Shown here: in pieces, positions 51,166 to 60,924 of the stretch
Layout: the number at the start of each line of letters is the position of its first letter
How positions within the stretch are numbered: the stretch's first letter is position 1
Source: an uncultured Fibrobacteria bacterium
Lineage (GTDB): Bacteria > Fibrobacterota > Fibrobacteria > UBA11236
Assembly: GCA_963716395.1 (NCBI GenBank)
Contig: OY970309.1
Location: forward strand, 1,566,485 to 1,630,484
Direction: 5' to 3'
Length of the DNA: 64,000 nt
The notes under the pieces: model-generated
Databases searched by the model: none
Told to the model about the DNA's origin: nothing
The model's input: the letters and a program-made list of their open reading frames with translations, nothing else
Made by a program: the position numbers and the translations under genes

Positions 51166-52761
51166 TTAATGCTCCATGGTGGGGGGGCGCAAGGGATTGG
51201 CGGTACCATCGTCGGTCTGCACCGGCGTGGCGGTCGCCGGCGTGGCGGCGGGCGTCGCCGCAGCGGCTGCGGGATTCGCACCCGGCGCAGCGCCCGTTTC
51301 GCCGGCTTCGGGGGCCGCATTTCCATAAACACCGGGATCGTTCCGGTCGGTGTTCGCCGACGTCGCCGAGGCCGTGGTACTGACCTCGCCGTTGCTCACG
51401 ATATGCGGTGTGACGAATACGATGAGATCGCGCTTGGTGGTCTGATGGGATTTGTGTTTGAACAGCCAGCCGAGAATGGGAATGTCCTTCAGCAGGGGAA
51501 TGCCGGTTTCGACATCGGTTTCTTCTTTGGTGGTGAGTCCCGCAATCACCACGGTTTCGCCGTCGTTGACCAATACCGTGGTTTTGGCGTTTTCTTTCTC
51601 GAGAATCACTCCGGCCTGCGCGTCCACCCGATAGGAGTTTTTTTCGGGTTCGAGGTCGAGCAGGATGTGTCCGTCCCCGGTCACATGCGGCGTCACGGTG
51701 AGCGAGGTTCCCGCGTCTTCCAACTGGATGGCCTGACGGCCATTGACGTCCAGCACCTTCACCGGCACCTCTTCGCCCATGAAGATCCTGGCTTCGGTAT
51801 TGTCGACCGTGGTGATTTGCGGCTTGGCGAGAATCTCGCCGCGTGATTCACTGAGCAGATCGGCCACGGCCACGGCCAAATGGGTGTTGAGCAGGCCGAA
51901 GGCGAATTGCGATGTGGCTCCGGTCACACCGCCTACGCCGCTGCTGGTGGTGGTGCTGGAGGCCGTTCCCCCGGACGTCGAGGATTGGGAATTGGCGGTG
52001 ATGCCGCCGGGATTGCTGGTTCCCACGGCATTGAAATTGCCTTTCAGCGAAGGATCGATTTTTCCCGGAGTGTTGAGCAGGGCTCCCACATGCCCTTGGC
52101 CGAATTGCCAATCCACCCCCATCGATTGCAGGCCATCGGCGTCGACTTCGATCAATTGCGCCTGGATATTCACCTCGGGAGTGGGCACGTCGAGTTCGTC
52201 GATAGCCGCGCGGATTTCCCGGATGTTCTGGCGGGTGTCGAACACCAGGAAAGCATTGTTGCGCTCCACGTAGTTCACGCGCCCGCGCACCGATAAAAGC
52301 CCCTTGACCGACTCCAGCAGATCGCTTCCCTTGGCGTTGCGCAGGTGGATCACGTCGCGCACCAACGGCGCCAGGGCCCCGGTTTGCTGCATGGCGGTGG
52401 CGTTTTCCACCGAGCTCTTGTTGAATTCGCTGATGGGCTGCACGTAGAGGTAATCCTTCTCCACCGTGTACTTCAGGTTGAACATCTGGCACAGAATGAT
52501 GAGCGCCTCCTGCCAGGTCTTGTCGGTGAGTTGCAGACTGGGGACGGTGCCGTTCACCGTCGGCGACACCACGATATCGACCCGGCCTGTGGCCGACAAG
52601 GCCTTGAAGGCCGAGCGCAAATCGGTGTTGGAAAAATTGAAGTTCTGGCGGAACTCCTGCGCATGCGAGGTCGAAAAGCTGGCGCCGAAGGCGGCGGAGT
52701 TCAGGGCCGTCAGCGTCGTGAACGCCATGATGGGGAAAAAACGCGCGTGCGAAAAGTTCAT
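51166..52761 (-). CDS. pilQ: Type IV pilus secretin
   Basis: Signal peptide, N0/N1-type region. C-terminal secretin core (...VVIAGLTTKEETDVETGIPLLKDIPILGWLFKHKSHQTTKRDLIVFVTPHIV). Confidence 0.85.
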   Translation of the reverse strand: MNFSHARFFPIMAFTTLTALNSAAFGASFSTSHAQEFRQNFNFSNTDLRSAFKALSATGRVDIVVSPTVNGTVPSLQLTDKTWQEALIILCQMFNLKYTVEKDYLYVQPISEFNKSSVENATAMQQTGALAPLVRDVIHLRNAKGSDLLESVKGLLSVRGRVNYVERNNAFLVFDTRQNIREIRAAIDELDVPTPEVNIQAQLIEVDADGLQSMGVDWQFGQGHVGALLNTPGKIDPSLKGNFNAVGTSNPGGITANSQSSTSGGTASSTTTSSGVGGVTGATSQFAFGLLNTHLAVAVADLLSESRGEILAKPQITTVDNTEARIFMGEEVPVKVLDVNGRQAIQLEDAGTSLTVTPHVTGDGHILLDLEPEKNSYRVDAQAGVILEKENAKTTVLVNDGETVVIAGLTTKEETDVETGIPLLKDIPILGWLFKHKSHQTTKRDLIVFVTPHIVSNGEVSTTASATSANTDRNDPGVYGNAAPEAGETGAAPGANPAAAAATPAATPATATPVQTDDGTANPLRPPTMEH

Positions 52762-54590
52762 TTTCCAGCCCTTTCCTGAGAGGGGACCAATTTCAAAGTG
52801 TAGGAGCGCGTGATCCCGAATTCCGTGAGATCAAAGGTGACGGCGTCCCGGGTGATGCGCGCCACGTGTCCGTTGTGAACCGGATCGCCCGGGCGCACGG
52901 TGAATGAAAGGTTCGATTCCTTGATGTTTTCCAGCACGGCCATGGGCCCCTCTCCCTGCCACACAATGCCGACCACCTTCATTTCGTCGATGTCGATGCC
53001 GTTGTCGGGCGAGCCCTGTTCGACCGGAATGAACGGGTCGCGGCGCCCGTAGCTGTTGTAGGTCACGGCCTCGCTGCTTGGAGGGGCGAGATTCACTTTT
53101 TCCGAATCCGCCGCTTTTTGTTCGTCGTCGAGCGCCGTCGGCGGAATCTCCATCTTGGCGCCGGGGGCGGCCAAGGAGAGCTTCGGTTCTTCCGTTTTTT
53201 TGCTGTGGACGGCCGTCGCGGGCGGGGCCGGGGGGGCGGGCGGCTCTTCGGCGCGGGGCTTTCCGGCGGGCGCTACGGCGGCTTGCGCGGCCGTCTGGCG
53301 CGCGTGGATCTTGGCTTGCAGCGCGCGCAACTGGGCCGCCGATAATTCATCCGGGTAGGCGGCCGCCGCGGCCGCAACATAACCGGTATCGTTGTCCGCG
53401 ACCGCGCGCAGGTACCCTGCATGTGACCCTAGCCGCCGCAGATTTTCTCCCGCCTGAAGCCAGCGTCGCACGGCGACGGATTTGCCCGGGCCGGCCAAAA
53501 GCGGGGCCGAATCGCGCACCACCACCATGGGTTTGCCGGCTGGGGCCAAGGTGAAGATATGGCTGCTGGTAAGGGCATGGGCGTGTTTTTGATCCAGAGT
53601 CGCGCCTTCGGCGAAAGCCGAGGGCAAGGGGCCGACCGGAACACGGGGCGTTACCGGATGTCGGCTTTTCCAGGAAAAGGCCGGCGTGCCCGGCGGCAGA
53701 GGGATCCGCAGCCGAACGTTGCTTTTTTCCGCGGTCGGCTGCAGCGATTGCGCCGAATCCAGCAACAGGACGGCCACTAAATCCGAGTCGTGTTCCTGCC
53801 AGAAAAGCCCGCGCACGCGGCCCAGCGGTCCGAGGTCGAATTTGGCCTCGGGCGGGGCGGCCTCGGTGTGGTGAAAGATCAGTCCCAAGGCGGGCGCCGT
53901 ACCCGAAGGATTTTCCACCCGGTAATCCGGTGTTTGGCCTTGGAATTGAAAACTCACCTCTTCCCATGACCCGGCAGCCGTGATGCGCACCTCACGCAAT
54001 TTTCCGGGCGAGGCGGCTGGTGCCGGGGTGGCCGGGGCCGAAGCCTCCGCTGCCGGCGCGGAAGAAGCCGTGGGTGTTACGGGAGGGGCGGCGCTTCCCT
54101 GGGCCAGCGACCAGGCGGCGAGGGAAGCAGCGGATTTGGGGGCTTTGCCCAAGAAGATGCGCAAGATCGAACCGGTGGGAATCAGGCTCCAGTCGGCGGT
54201 GGCGGGCAACCGCTTGAGCGAAAATTCCACACCCAGAAAATCCTTTCCGCTGGGGGAGCGGAAGCGTTGGAGGGTGACGCCGGCGACGGGGGCCTGCGAA
54301 GGCAAGGGTGTGAAGCCCATCGGCAGCGACGTTTCGGTTTCGAGAAAAGAAAACAAGGCGGTCTTGCGGGCCGAGTCGATTTTCTGGAAATAAGGGGGAA
54401 AGGAAAAAGTCTGACCCTCTTCGGGAGGCGCGAAGTGGATTTCGGCCGCGATCTTTCCTGCAAACTTCAAGGTGACATCGGTGATTTGGGGCGAAGCCCA
54501 AAGCGGCGCCAAGGCACAGGCCAGTACGCCCAAGGCCCGGGCACAACCTGTGCGGAGGGGGAGGAGTCGATGCGAAAAGCCGCGCAGCAT
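52758..54590 (-). CDS. Enlarged PilP-like pilus assembly protein (AMIN-like N-domain + SH3b-like domain + Ala/Pro linkers + C-terminal PilP domain)
   Basis: C-terminus DPFIPVEQG...MKVVGIVWQGEGPMAVLE...FTVRPGDPV...ARITRDAVTF matches PilP. Middle VVRDSAPLLAGPGKSVAVRRWLQAGENLRRLGSHAGYLRAVADNDTGYV is SH3b-like. 610 aa versus ~180 for typical PilP. Confidence 0.65.
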   Translation of the reverse strand: MLRGFSHRLLPLRTGCARALGVLACALAPLWASPQITDVTLKFAGKIAAEIHFAPPEEGQTFSFPPYFQKIDSARKTALFSFLETETSLPMGFTPLPSQAPVAGVTLQRFRSPSGKDFLGVEFSLKRLPATADWSLIPTGSILRIFLGKAPKSAASLAAWSLAQGSAAPPVTPTASSAPAAEASAPATPAPAASPGKLREVRITAAGSWEEVSFQFQGQTPDYRVENPSGTAPALGLIFHHTEAAPPEAKFDLGPLGRVRGLFWQEHDSDLVAVLLLDSAQSLQPTAEKSNVRLRIPLPPGTPAFSWKSRHPVTPRVPVGPLPSAFAEGATLDQKHAHALTSSHIFTLAPAGKPMVVVRDSAPLLAGPGKSVAVRRWLQAGENLRRLGSHAGYLRAVADNDTGYVAAAAAAYPDELSAAQLRALQAKIHARQTAAQAAVAPAGKPRAEEPPAPPAPPATAVHSKKTEEPKLSLAAPGAKMEIPPTALDDEQKAADSEKVNLAPPSSEAVTYNSYGRRDPFIPVEQGSPDNGIDIDEMKVVGIVWQGEGPMAVLENIKESNLSFTVRPGDPVHNGHVARITRDAVTFDLTEFGITRSYTLKLVPSQERAGK

Positions 54591-54603
54591 GGGCTGGGTC
54601 TGC

Positions 54604-55212
54604 CTATTTCTTGGAGGTGAAGGTGGTCAGTTCGAAGGTGGCCGTGATGGTTTTCGGAATTTCGCCGTGATCGTGCGCGTCGGACACCACCTTGTCGAGG
54701 TCGGGGGCTTTTTCGATTTCCAATTTGTTGATGGCCGTGGGGTAGCGGAAGTTGGCGATATCGGCCAGCAAACTCCCCAACCCGTGGTAGCTGCTGCTCA
54801 AGGTGACCGAATAATGGTTCTCCTTGTAAAACTCTTTTTCTTCCGATTGCAGCGGGAGGAATTTGGTGGGGATGGTCTGCGAACGGCGGGTGACGGCCGT
54901 GAGATCGATGAGCCGTTTAGGAATGACTTCGCGGTCGGGAAACATCTCTTGCAGCCGCGCGAATTCCTGGTTGGCCACTTCGATTTCGGCTTCGAGATCC
55001 TTGAGGCGTTGTTTTTGCGCCAGGATTTGCCGCAGTTCACCCCTTTTGGTTTCGATTTGCTGATCGAACTGCTTCGATTGCTGGGCATAGTCATGGTATT
55101 GCTGCGTGTAGAACAGATAGCCCAATCCGCCGACGGCCGCGAGGCAGAGGCCGAAAAAAATCCACAGCTTGGCTTGCAAGGTGAGCAAGGCGTTGAGGTC
55201 GAACTTTTTCAC
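54604..55212 (-). CDS. pilO: Type IV pilus assembly protein PilO
   Basis: N-terminal TM, coiled coil. Gene order pilM-N-O-P-Q. Confidence 0.8.
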   Translation of the reverse strand: MKKFDLNALLTLQAKLWIFFGLCLAAVGGLGYLFYTQQYHDYAQQSKQFDQQIETKRGELRQILAQKQRLKDLEAEIEVANQEFARLQEMFPDREVIPKRLIDLTAVTRRSQTIPTKFLPLQSEEKEFYKENHYSVTLSSSYHGLGSLLADIANFRYPTAINKLEIEKAPDLDKVVSDAHDHGEIPKTITATFELTTFTSKK

Positions 55213-55829
55213 AGCACCTTGCCCTTCACGGCCCCGTTGGCTTCGACCGGCATCCCGGAATTGGGATTCATCTCTATTTTCAAGGTGAAGGAGAAATAGC
55301 TTTGATCCGCGTCATGCTTGAATTCGATGGAAGCCAGTGACACCTGCTGGAAGCAGTCGAGCTTTTCCAACTCCATCATGTATTCCGCCACTTCGGGGAA
55401 GACGAAGGTTTTCCCATCGATTTCCAGGCCTTCCTCGTCGGCACCACTCTGCTTGATGGACTCCAGCCAGGTGTTGAGCGGCAACGATTTGGATAGCCCT
55501 TCAAGCACCCCGATCCACTTGCGTTTGTTCACGCTGATGCTTTTCAGCGAGGTATTCTTGGCGTTCTTTTCGTCGCGGATTTTTTCCAATTCGCGGATTT
55601 TCTGTTCCACGAAATTGTTTTGGGCGATTTCCGCCTGTACCTGGGTCAAAGCCGATTTTTTGGTGGCGAGGTTGGCCTCGATGAACTGGCGGCCGGCCAC
55701 GAACGCCAAGCAGGCTGCGATCACAATCACGGTTCCCGTCAACGGGCGCCAGTCGAGCAGAAAGGAATAATCCTTCCGGACGACGCGGTATTCAATGGGA
55801 AGCAGGTTGACTTGGATGTAGTCGCGCAT
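55209..55829 (-). CDS. pilN: Type IV pilus assembly protein PilN
   Basis: MRDYIQVNLLPIEYR carries the conserved INLLP motif. Confidence 0.85.
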   Translation of the reverse strand: MRDYIQVNLLPIEYRVVRKDYSFLLDWRPLTGTVIVIAACLAFVAGRQFIEANLATKKSALTQVQAEIAQNNFVEQKIRELEKIRDEKNAKNTSLKSISVNKRKWIGVLEGLSKSLPLNTWLESIKQSGADEEGLEIDGKTFVFPEVAEYMMELEKLDCFQQVSLASIEFKHDADQSYFSFTLKIEMNPNSGMPVEANGAVKGKVL

Positions 55830-55830
55830 G

Positions 55831-56913
55831 TCACACCTTGCGCAAGGCCAGGCCCGTGGCCACGGTCAGAATGGTCGAGATATTTTCGGGAATCGGGCCG
55901 CTGAAGCGCTTCTCGTCATAGGCGATGTGGGCCAGCGGGTTGGCGATTTCCACTTCGACGTTGTGGCGCTTGGCCAGAATGCCCGCCAGGTTGCGGATGG
56001 TGGCGCCGCCGCCGCACAGCACCATTTTTTCCACCTTGAGATTGTTCTCGGAAGACTGGAAATAGCCGAAGGCCAAATCGATTCCCACCGAAAGCTCTTC
56101 GGCCGAGAATTCGATGCTGCGGTTGACCACCGACTGCACCTGGGGTTCGACGTTCTTGCCGCGCAGGATGGTCGAGGCCTCTTCGCGATCGACCTTCAGG
56201 TTTTTCATCAGGGTCTTGAGAAAGAAGTCGCAGGCTGTGGCGATGTCGCGCGTGGAATGGTAGGTGCCGTTCTTCAGAAAGGTGAGGTTGGTCAGATGTT
56301 CGCCGATATTGATGACGCTGACCACCTTGTTGGCATCTTCTTCGGACGAGGCCAGCAGATAGGCGTTGGTGACCGCGAAAGCGTCGACGTCGATGACCAG
56401 GGGCCGCAATCCGGCTTCGTACAAGAGGTCGATGTACGACTGCATCACCTGGTTCTTGGCGGCCACCAGCAGCACTTCCATCTCTCCCGACTCGGGGGTT
56501 TTCGACAGCACCTTGTAATCGAGCGTGATGTTGTCGACATCGAAGGGGCTGCGTTGCCCGGCTTCCATGAGGATTTGCTCCTCGTCTGATTCGCCGGAAT
56601 CGATTTTCAGGTGGATGCGGTCGGCGATCACGCCGTACGACCACGAAAGCGAAAGCACCACATCTTTGATTTTTCCCGAAGGATCGGTGCGGTGCACCAA
56701 GGTCGTCAGCGAATGCAACAATTCGTCGCGATTCTTGATTTCGCCGCCCGACAAGGTGTCGGGTTTGAGCACGTGAATACCGGCCCCGAGCAGAACGGGT
56801 CCGGCTTCGCGATGGGCGATCCGCGCAATCTTGATGGAGTAATTGCCAATATCAATGCCCACCGTGGTGGGTTCGCTTTGTATCAGGCGGAGAAGGGACT
56901 CCCGAATGCTCAC
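55831..56913 (-). CDS. pilM: Type IV pilus assembly ATPase-fold protein PilM
   Basis: Actin-like fold motifs (VGIDIGNYSIKIA; VIDVDAFAV). 360 aa. Confidence 0.9.
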   Translation of the reverse strand: MSIRESLLRLIQSEPTTVGIDIGNYSIKIARIAHREAGPVLLGAGIHVLKPDTLSGGEIKNRDELLHSLTTLVHRTDPSGKIKDVVLSLSWSYGVIADRIHLKIDSGESDEEQILMEAGQRSPFDVDNITLDYKVLSKTPESGEMEVLLVAAKNQVMQSYIDLLYEAGLRPLVIDVDAFAVTNAYLLASSEEDANKVVSVINIGEHLTNLTFLKNGTYHSTRDIATACDFFLKTLMKNLKVDREEASTILRGKNVEPQVQSVVNRSIEFSAEELSVGIDLAFGYFQSSENNLKVEKMVLCGGGATIRNLAGILAKRHNVEVEIANPLAHIAYDEKRFSGPIPENISTILTVATGLALRKV

Positions 56914-57018
56914 GCAACGGCCCTCATCTTCAAAGGTTTTTGAGGAATTTCAACTTGGCCATTATAGCACCACGTCCGCCGGGAAGCAACCTTTGCCGCT
57001 GCATATTTCCAGGCGGGG

Positions 57019-58119
57019 TCAAGCCGGAAAAGGCGCGCCGCGATCCTGGGCGCCCAGGCGCTGCTTCTCGAACACATAGCGCACGATGCTTTCCTGCTGG
57101 GCGGTTTCCAGGCCCATGAATTTGAGATGGTGTTCGAAGTCTTCGCGACCGGGTTTAGACACCGCCGCCACGCGCATCACTTCGGCCCGCAGTTCGCGGA
57201 AGGTGGCGCCGCCGGGCAGATCGAAATTCAACGACAGCTTGTGCCCTTTGGGCACGGAAGTGGGCAGCCGCGCGCAGGCTCCTCCTCCGGACAAATCGGC
57301 CAGACGGCCCTCCACCAGGAGGCCGGCGGGCAAAAGGCGATCGTCGGGGCCGGGATGCTCCGGCCCGCTCACGACCAGAATGCGGCAGGGCAAATTGACC
57401 TCGACGCGCACCCAATTGCGCAATTGTTTGCGTTCCAGGTTGCGCGTGTGGGCCAACACCAGAATGCGATGGGCTGGGCGCACGGCCACCAGCGTGGTGC
57501 GAATGCCGTATTCCGCGTCACCGGGCCGCGTCAACGCGAGCGCGAGTTCGACGCCGGCCCGGATGTTTTCGGGCAGGCGATCGAAAGCCGCCACATGCCA
57601 CTCGCGTTCGGACACGAATTGAATCTGGCCTTTGAGAGCGGTGCCCGACATCGTCCACGCAACGGCAAGTCCGTCTCCCAGTTGGCGCGTGCTGCTGAGC
57701 GGGATTTCCGCCGGTAATTGCAGAAAGCCGAGCTTGAAACGGATGCTGCGCAAAACGCCGTACAGCGCCGGATCGCGAGCTAGGCGGTCTTTCTCTTCGG
57801 CCAAAAAAGCTTCGACGGCGTCTTCGAAAACATAGGGGGAATCGAAAACCATGTCGGCGCTCATCACTTCGCCGCTGCGCACCACGGCTTTGAGCAGGGA
57901 GTTCTCAGTCGCCGACAATTCTTTTTGGGTGGCGCACTCTTCAAAGTACCGCCAGCCGATTTGCACCTCTTCTTTGTGGTGGCGGGCCGAGCGCAGAATT
58001 TCCAGGAACACCAGCCATCCCATGGCTCCGATGAGCAGAAATCCGGCTATCACCACGGCCAATGGATTCATGCGTCCGAAGCCGCTGCCCATGGCGTGAA
58101 GCAACTCTTGCACCGACAT
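57019..58119 (-). CDS. Membrane-anchored PilZ-domain (c-di-GMP binding) protein, YcgR-like two-domain architecture
   Basis: N-terminal TM. C-terminal PilZ motifs RNWVR (RxxxR) and DLSGGGACA (DxSxGG). Confidence 0.7.
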   Translation of the reverse strand: MSVQELLHAMGSGFGRMNPLAVVIAGFLLIGAMGWLVFLEILRSARHHKEEVQIGWRYFEECATQKELSATENSLLKAVVRSGEVMSADMVFDSPYVFEDAVEAFLAEEKDRLARDPALYGVLRSIRFKLGFLQLPAEIPLSSTRQLGDGLAVAWTMSGTALKGQIQFVSEREWHVAAFDRLPENIRAGVELALALTRPGDAEYGIRTTLVAVRPAHRILVLAHTRNLERKQLRNWVRVEVNLPCRILVVSGPEHPGPDDRLLPAGLLVEGRLADLSGGGACARLPTSVPKGHKLSLNFDLPGGATFRELRAEVMRVAAVSKPGREDFEHHLKFMGLETAQQESIVRYVFEKQRLGAQDRGAPFPA

Positions 58120-58146
58120 AGAAGCCCTATTTTCCCATAATTCCCG

Positions 58147-58176
58147 TTGCCGGTGCGGAAAGAAGAGCGATAGAAT
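58147..58176 (+). promoter_or_regulatory. Putative sigma-70 promoter for HDOD gene (TTGCCG-18-TAGAAT)
   Basis: Hexamers seen by eye ~35 nt upstream of ATG 58210. Weak. Confidence 0.25.
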
Positions 58177-58209
58177 GCAAAACGAGGTTCGCTTTCAAAA
58201 AAAGACCAA

Positions 58210-59094
58210 ATGCCGGCCACCGACAACCAACTCAAGGCCGTGGTGCAGAAAATTACCGATCTGCCCACCTTGCCGGCATTGTTCGTCACCCTCACCCGGT
58301 TGATTCAAGACCCGCATACCTCGGCCGAACAGTTGGGCCGCGCCCTGTCGACCGACATGACCTTGGTGTCGAAAGTGCTGAAGCTGGTGAACTCGGCTTT
58401 TTACGGATTTCCCGGACGCATCGGCACGGTGTCGCAGGCCATCGTCATTCTGGGATTCAGCTCCATCCGCAATATCGTGCTGACCACGTCGGTGATGAAG
58501 ATGTGGGAACATCCCAAATTGCAGAAGCAATTCGATCTCGACGGCTTCTGGCGGCATTCGCTGCAAACCGCGGCGCTATCCAAAGCCCTGGCTATGGAAC
58601 GGGCCATCCCGTTTATGGAAGAGCTTTTCATCGCGGGGTTGCTGCACGATATCGGGCGCATCGTGCTCAGCGGCAAGTTGCCCGAAGATTTTGAAAAAGT
58701 CCTCGATTATCGCGCCCGGCGCCATGTCAGCCTGCTTGAAGCCGAGAAGAAGGTATTGGGGCTGACGCATGCCGAACTCGGCGCATTTCTGGCGAAGAAG
58801 TGGAATTTGCCCGCGCCCTTGGTGGAAATCATCCGCTGCCACCATGCTCCGGAGTTGGCGGATACGAGTCCGGGAGCGCCGCTGTCCGGAGACGCTTCGG
58901 CCTCGCTGGCGGTGGTGCGTCTGGCCGATGCGTTGTCGCGCGTGGTGACCGAGGGAGAATTACCCCCGGGTTATGTGGAAAAGGTCGCGCCGGGTTTGTG
59001 GGAGCAAGTCGGATTTGAATCGCTTCCCGGGGGCGGTTTTCCGGATCGGGCGCGCGAGGAAATCGGCAAGGCTTTGGCCTTCCTCAGCGTTTAA
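58210..59094 (+). CDS. HDOD-domain signalling protein
   Basis: LPTLPALFVTLTRLIQDPHTSAEQLGRALSTDMTLVSKVLKLVNSAFYGF...GLLHDIGRIVL is the HDOD pattern. Confidence 0.85.
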   Translation: MPATDNQLKAVVQKITDLPTLPALFVTLTRLIQDPHTSAEQLGRALSTDMTLVSKVLKLVNSAFYGFPGRIGTVSQAIVILGFSSIRNIVLTTSVMKMWEHPKLQKQFDLDGFWRHSLQTAALSKALAMERAIPFMEELFIAGLLHDIGRIVLSGKLPEDFEKVLDYRARRHVSLLEAEKKVLGLTHAELGAFLAKKWNLPAPLVEIIRCHHAPELADTSPGAPLSGDASASLAVVRLADALSRVVTEGELPPGYVEKVAPGLWEQVGFESLPGGGFPDRAREEIGKALAFLSV

Positions 59095-59160
59095 GCGTAT
59101 ACTCGGAAGCGCAGGCATTGCCGGCACCGGCGGCGGCATCCGGGGAAGCCGGGAGATTTC

Positions 59161-59451
59161 ATGACGGTCGAATACAAAAAGTCGAACAAGAAGCGCCTGA
59201 CCATCGAGCAATTGCAAGACGTGTCGCTTCCCGTGAGTTTGGAATTGGGAAAGAAGCGCATGCGCGTGCGCGAGCTCTTGGCCCTATCGCGCGGCTCGAT
59301 TGTCAAACTCGAACGGCTGGCCGGCGAGCCCGTCGACCTGGTGATCAACGGACGCGCCATGGCCAAAGGCGAAGTGGCGGTGATCGACGAGAATTTCGCC
59401 GTGCGCCTGGTGACTTTGCTTTCTCCCGAAGAGCGTCTGAAGCTCTTGTAG
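59161..59451 (+). CDS. FliN/SpoA-domain protein (flagellar switch C-ring family, stand-alone 96 aa)
   Basis: LQDVSLPVSLELGKKRMRVRELLALSRGSIVKLERLAGEPVDLVINGRAMAKGEVAVIDENFAVRLVTL matches the FliN C-terminal/SpoA domain. Confidence 0.7.
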   Translation: MTVEYKKSNKKRLTIEQLQDVSLPVSLELGKKRMRVRELLALSRGSIVKLERLAGEPVDLVINGRAMAKGEVAVIDENFAVRLVTLLSPEERLKLL

Positions 59452-59872
59452 GACGCCTCTAAAATATTGAGACTTTTCCTTCGGTCCGCTCCGCCGGCAG
59501 ACGAGGACTGAGCCAGTCGAGAGATGGCGAAGGCCGATCAAGCCGCGCGGGCGCGGGGCCAGGAAAGCGGCCGGAAGCGCTGCGCCCGGGAAAAGCCGGG
59601 TAACTCGCATGTTTCGGGGGAGGAGGCGGCTTTCAGCGCGGGTTGCGCCACGCCTTGGTCTTCGGCCGCCCAGTGCAGAAACGGAAAGCTGCGGACTTCG
59701 GCCTGATAGACTTCACGCAGTTCCCGCGGGGTGACCACTTTGCACCGCATGCCTTTAAACTAGCAAGGGTAGCCCGGGACGGTAAGCTTCGGTACAAAAT
59801 CTCCGCAGTGAAAGTTCAACCTCAAGTCGAAGTTCGGCTGCAAGATTTCTTGCCCAAGCCGTTCCGCCGGAT

Positions 59873-60850
59873 TTATAAAGCCGGGTGGTATTTGGCCAGC
59901 GAAGGCGCAAGAGTGCGCACCAGGCGCAACAGTTCGGCCTCCAATGCGGGGCCGCCTTCGGTTTCGCGCACCGAGGCCAGCGGCAAAAACAGGGGGGAGT
60001 GGAACAGAGTTCCCAGCGGAACCGGATTCTTGCGGCTGAATACGGCCTGCACAAAGGTCATGACCTCTTTCTGGCCGCGTTCCGCGTCTTGAACCCGGCC
60101 TGCGCGATGCGCCTCCACCAACCGCAGAAACAGGCGGGCCGCCTCGGGAATGTTTCCCGTGGCGGTGATCACGCCGTGTCCGCCCAGTTCCAGCAGGGCG
60201 AACACGCCGTCGTCTTCGCCGCTCACCACCGCGAAGTCGGAGTTTTTCGTGGCTTCGATCACGGCGCGGGTATCCTCGCGGTAACGTCCGGGGCTGCGGA
60301 AATCCACCGCCTGTTTGAGCCCGATGATGTTGCGGTCTTCGGCCAGCCGCAGCAGGGTGTCGGGTTCGAGATAGCTGGCGGTGCGTCCGGGAACATTGTA
60401 AATCACGATTTTGGCGCCGGTTTCGCGCGCCAGGGTTTCGTAATGCGCCGCCAATCCGGCCTGGGGCGGATTGTTGTAATACCCGGTCACACACAGGCAG
60501 GCCACCGGCCCCGTGGTCCGGAACAATTCCTGAATGAGATCCACCGACTCGCGGGTGCAATTCGATCCCGCTCCGGCCACAATGGGCACGCGGCCGTCGA
60601 CGTATTCGGCGGCGAAGCGGATGAAATCGAGATGCTGCGCGGTGCTGACCGTGGGGCTTTGCCCCGTGGTGCCCACCGGCACCAGACCGTCGACGCCGGC
60701 GGCGATGAGGTCGTCGATCATGCGGCGCGCTTTTTCATAGTCGATGGAGTTGCGCAGGCGCTTGGGATCGTCGTCGCGCAAGGGCGTGAACAGCGCCGGC
60801 CATACGCCGCGCAATTCCGCCGCCGCGGCGATGCTTTTCACGGAAGACAT
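59873..60850 (-). CDS. DapA-family aldolase (4-hydroxy-tetrahydrodipicolinate synthase family)
   Basis: GVDGLVPVGTTGQSPTVS...; schiff-base lysine context IVIYNVPGRT...; 325 aa. Confidence 0.85.
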   Translation of the reverse strand: MSSVKSIAAAAELRGVWPALFTPLRDDDPKRLRNSIDYEKARRMIDDLIAAGVDGLVPVGTTGQSPTVSTAQHLDFIRFAAEYVDGRVPIVAGAGSNCTRESVDLIQELFRTTGPVACLCVTGYYNNPPQAGLAAHYETLARETGAKIVIYNVPGRTASYLEPDTLLRLAEDRNIIGLKQAVDFRSPGRYREDTRAVIEATKNSDFAVVSGEDDGVFALLELGGHGVITATGNIPEAARLFLRLVEAHRAGRVQDAERGQKEVMTFVQAVFSRKNPVPLGTLFHSPLFLPLASVRETEGGPALEAELLRLVRTLAPSLAKYHPAL

Positions 60851-60924
60851 GGAACGCTAACCTAGCAAGAGCGCGGGCCGGCCGTCCAGCGCCCGCCTGG
60901 GGCGCCGCGGCGGGCCGCCTCGCG

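Noticed and set aside
59538-59750. 70-aa ORF in the fliN-like/dapA intergenic region
   Set aside because: No motif and no RBS. It overlaps an opposite-strand ORF of similar size. Retained only as a remote possibility.
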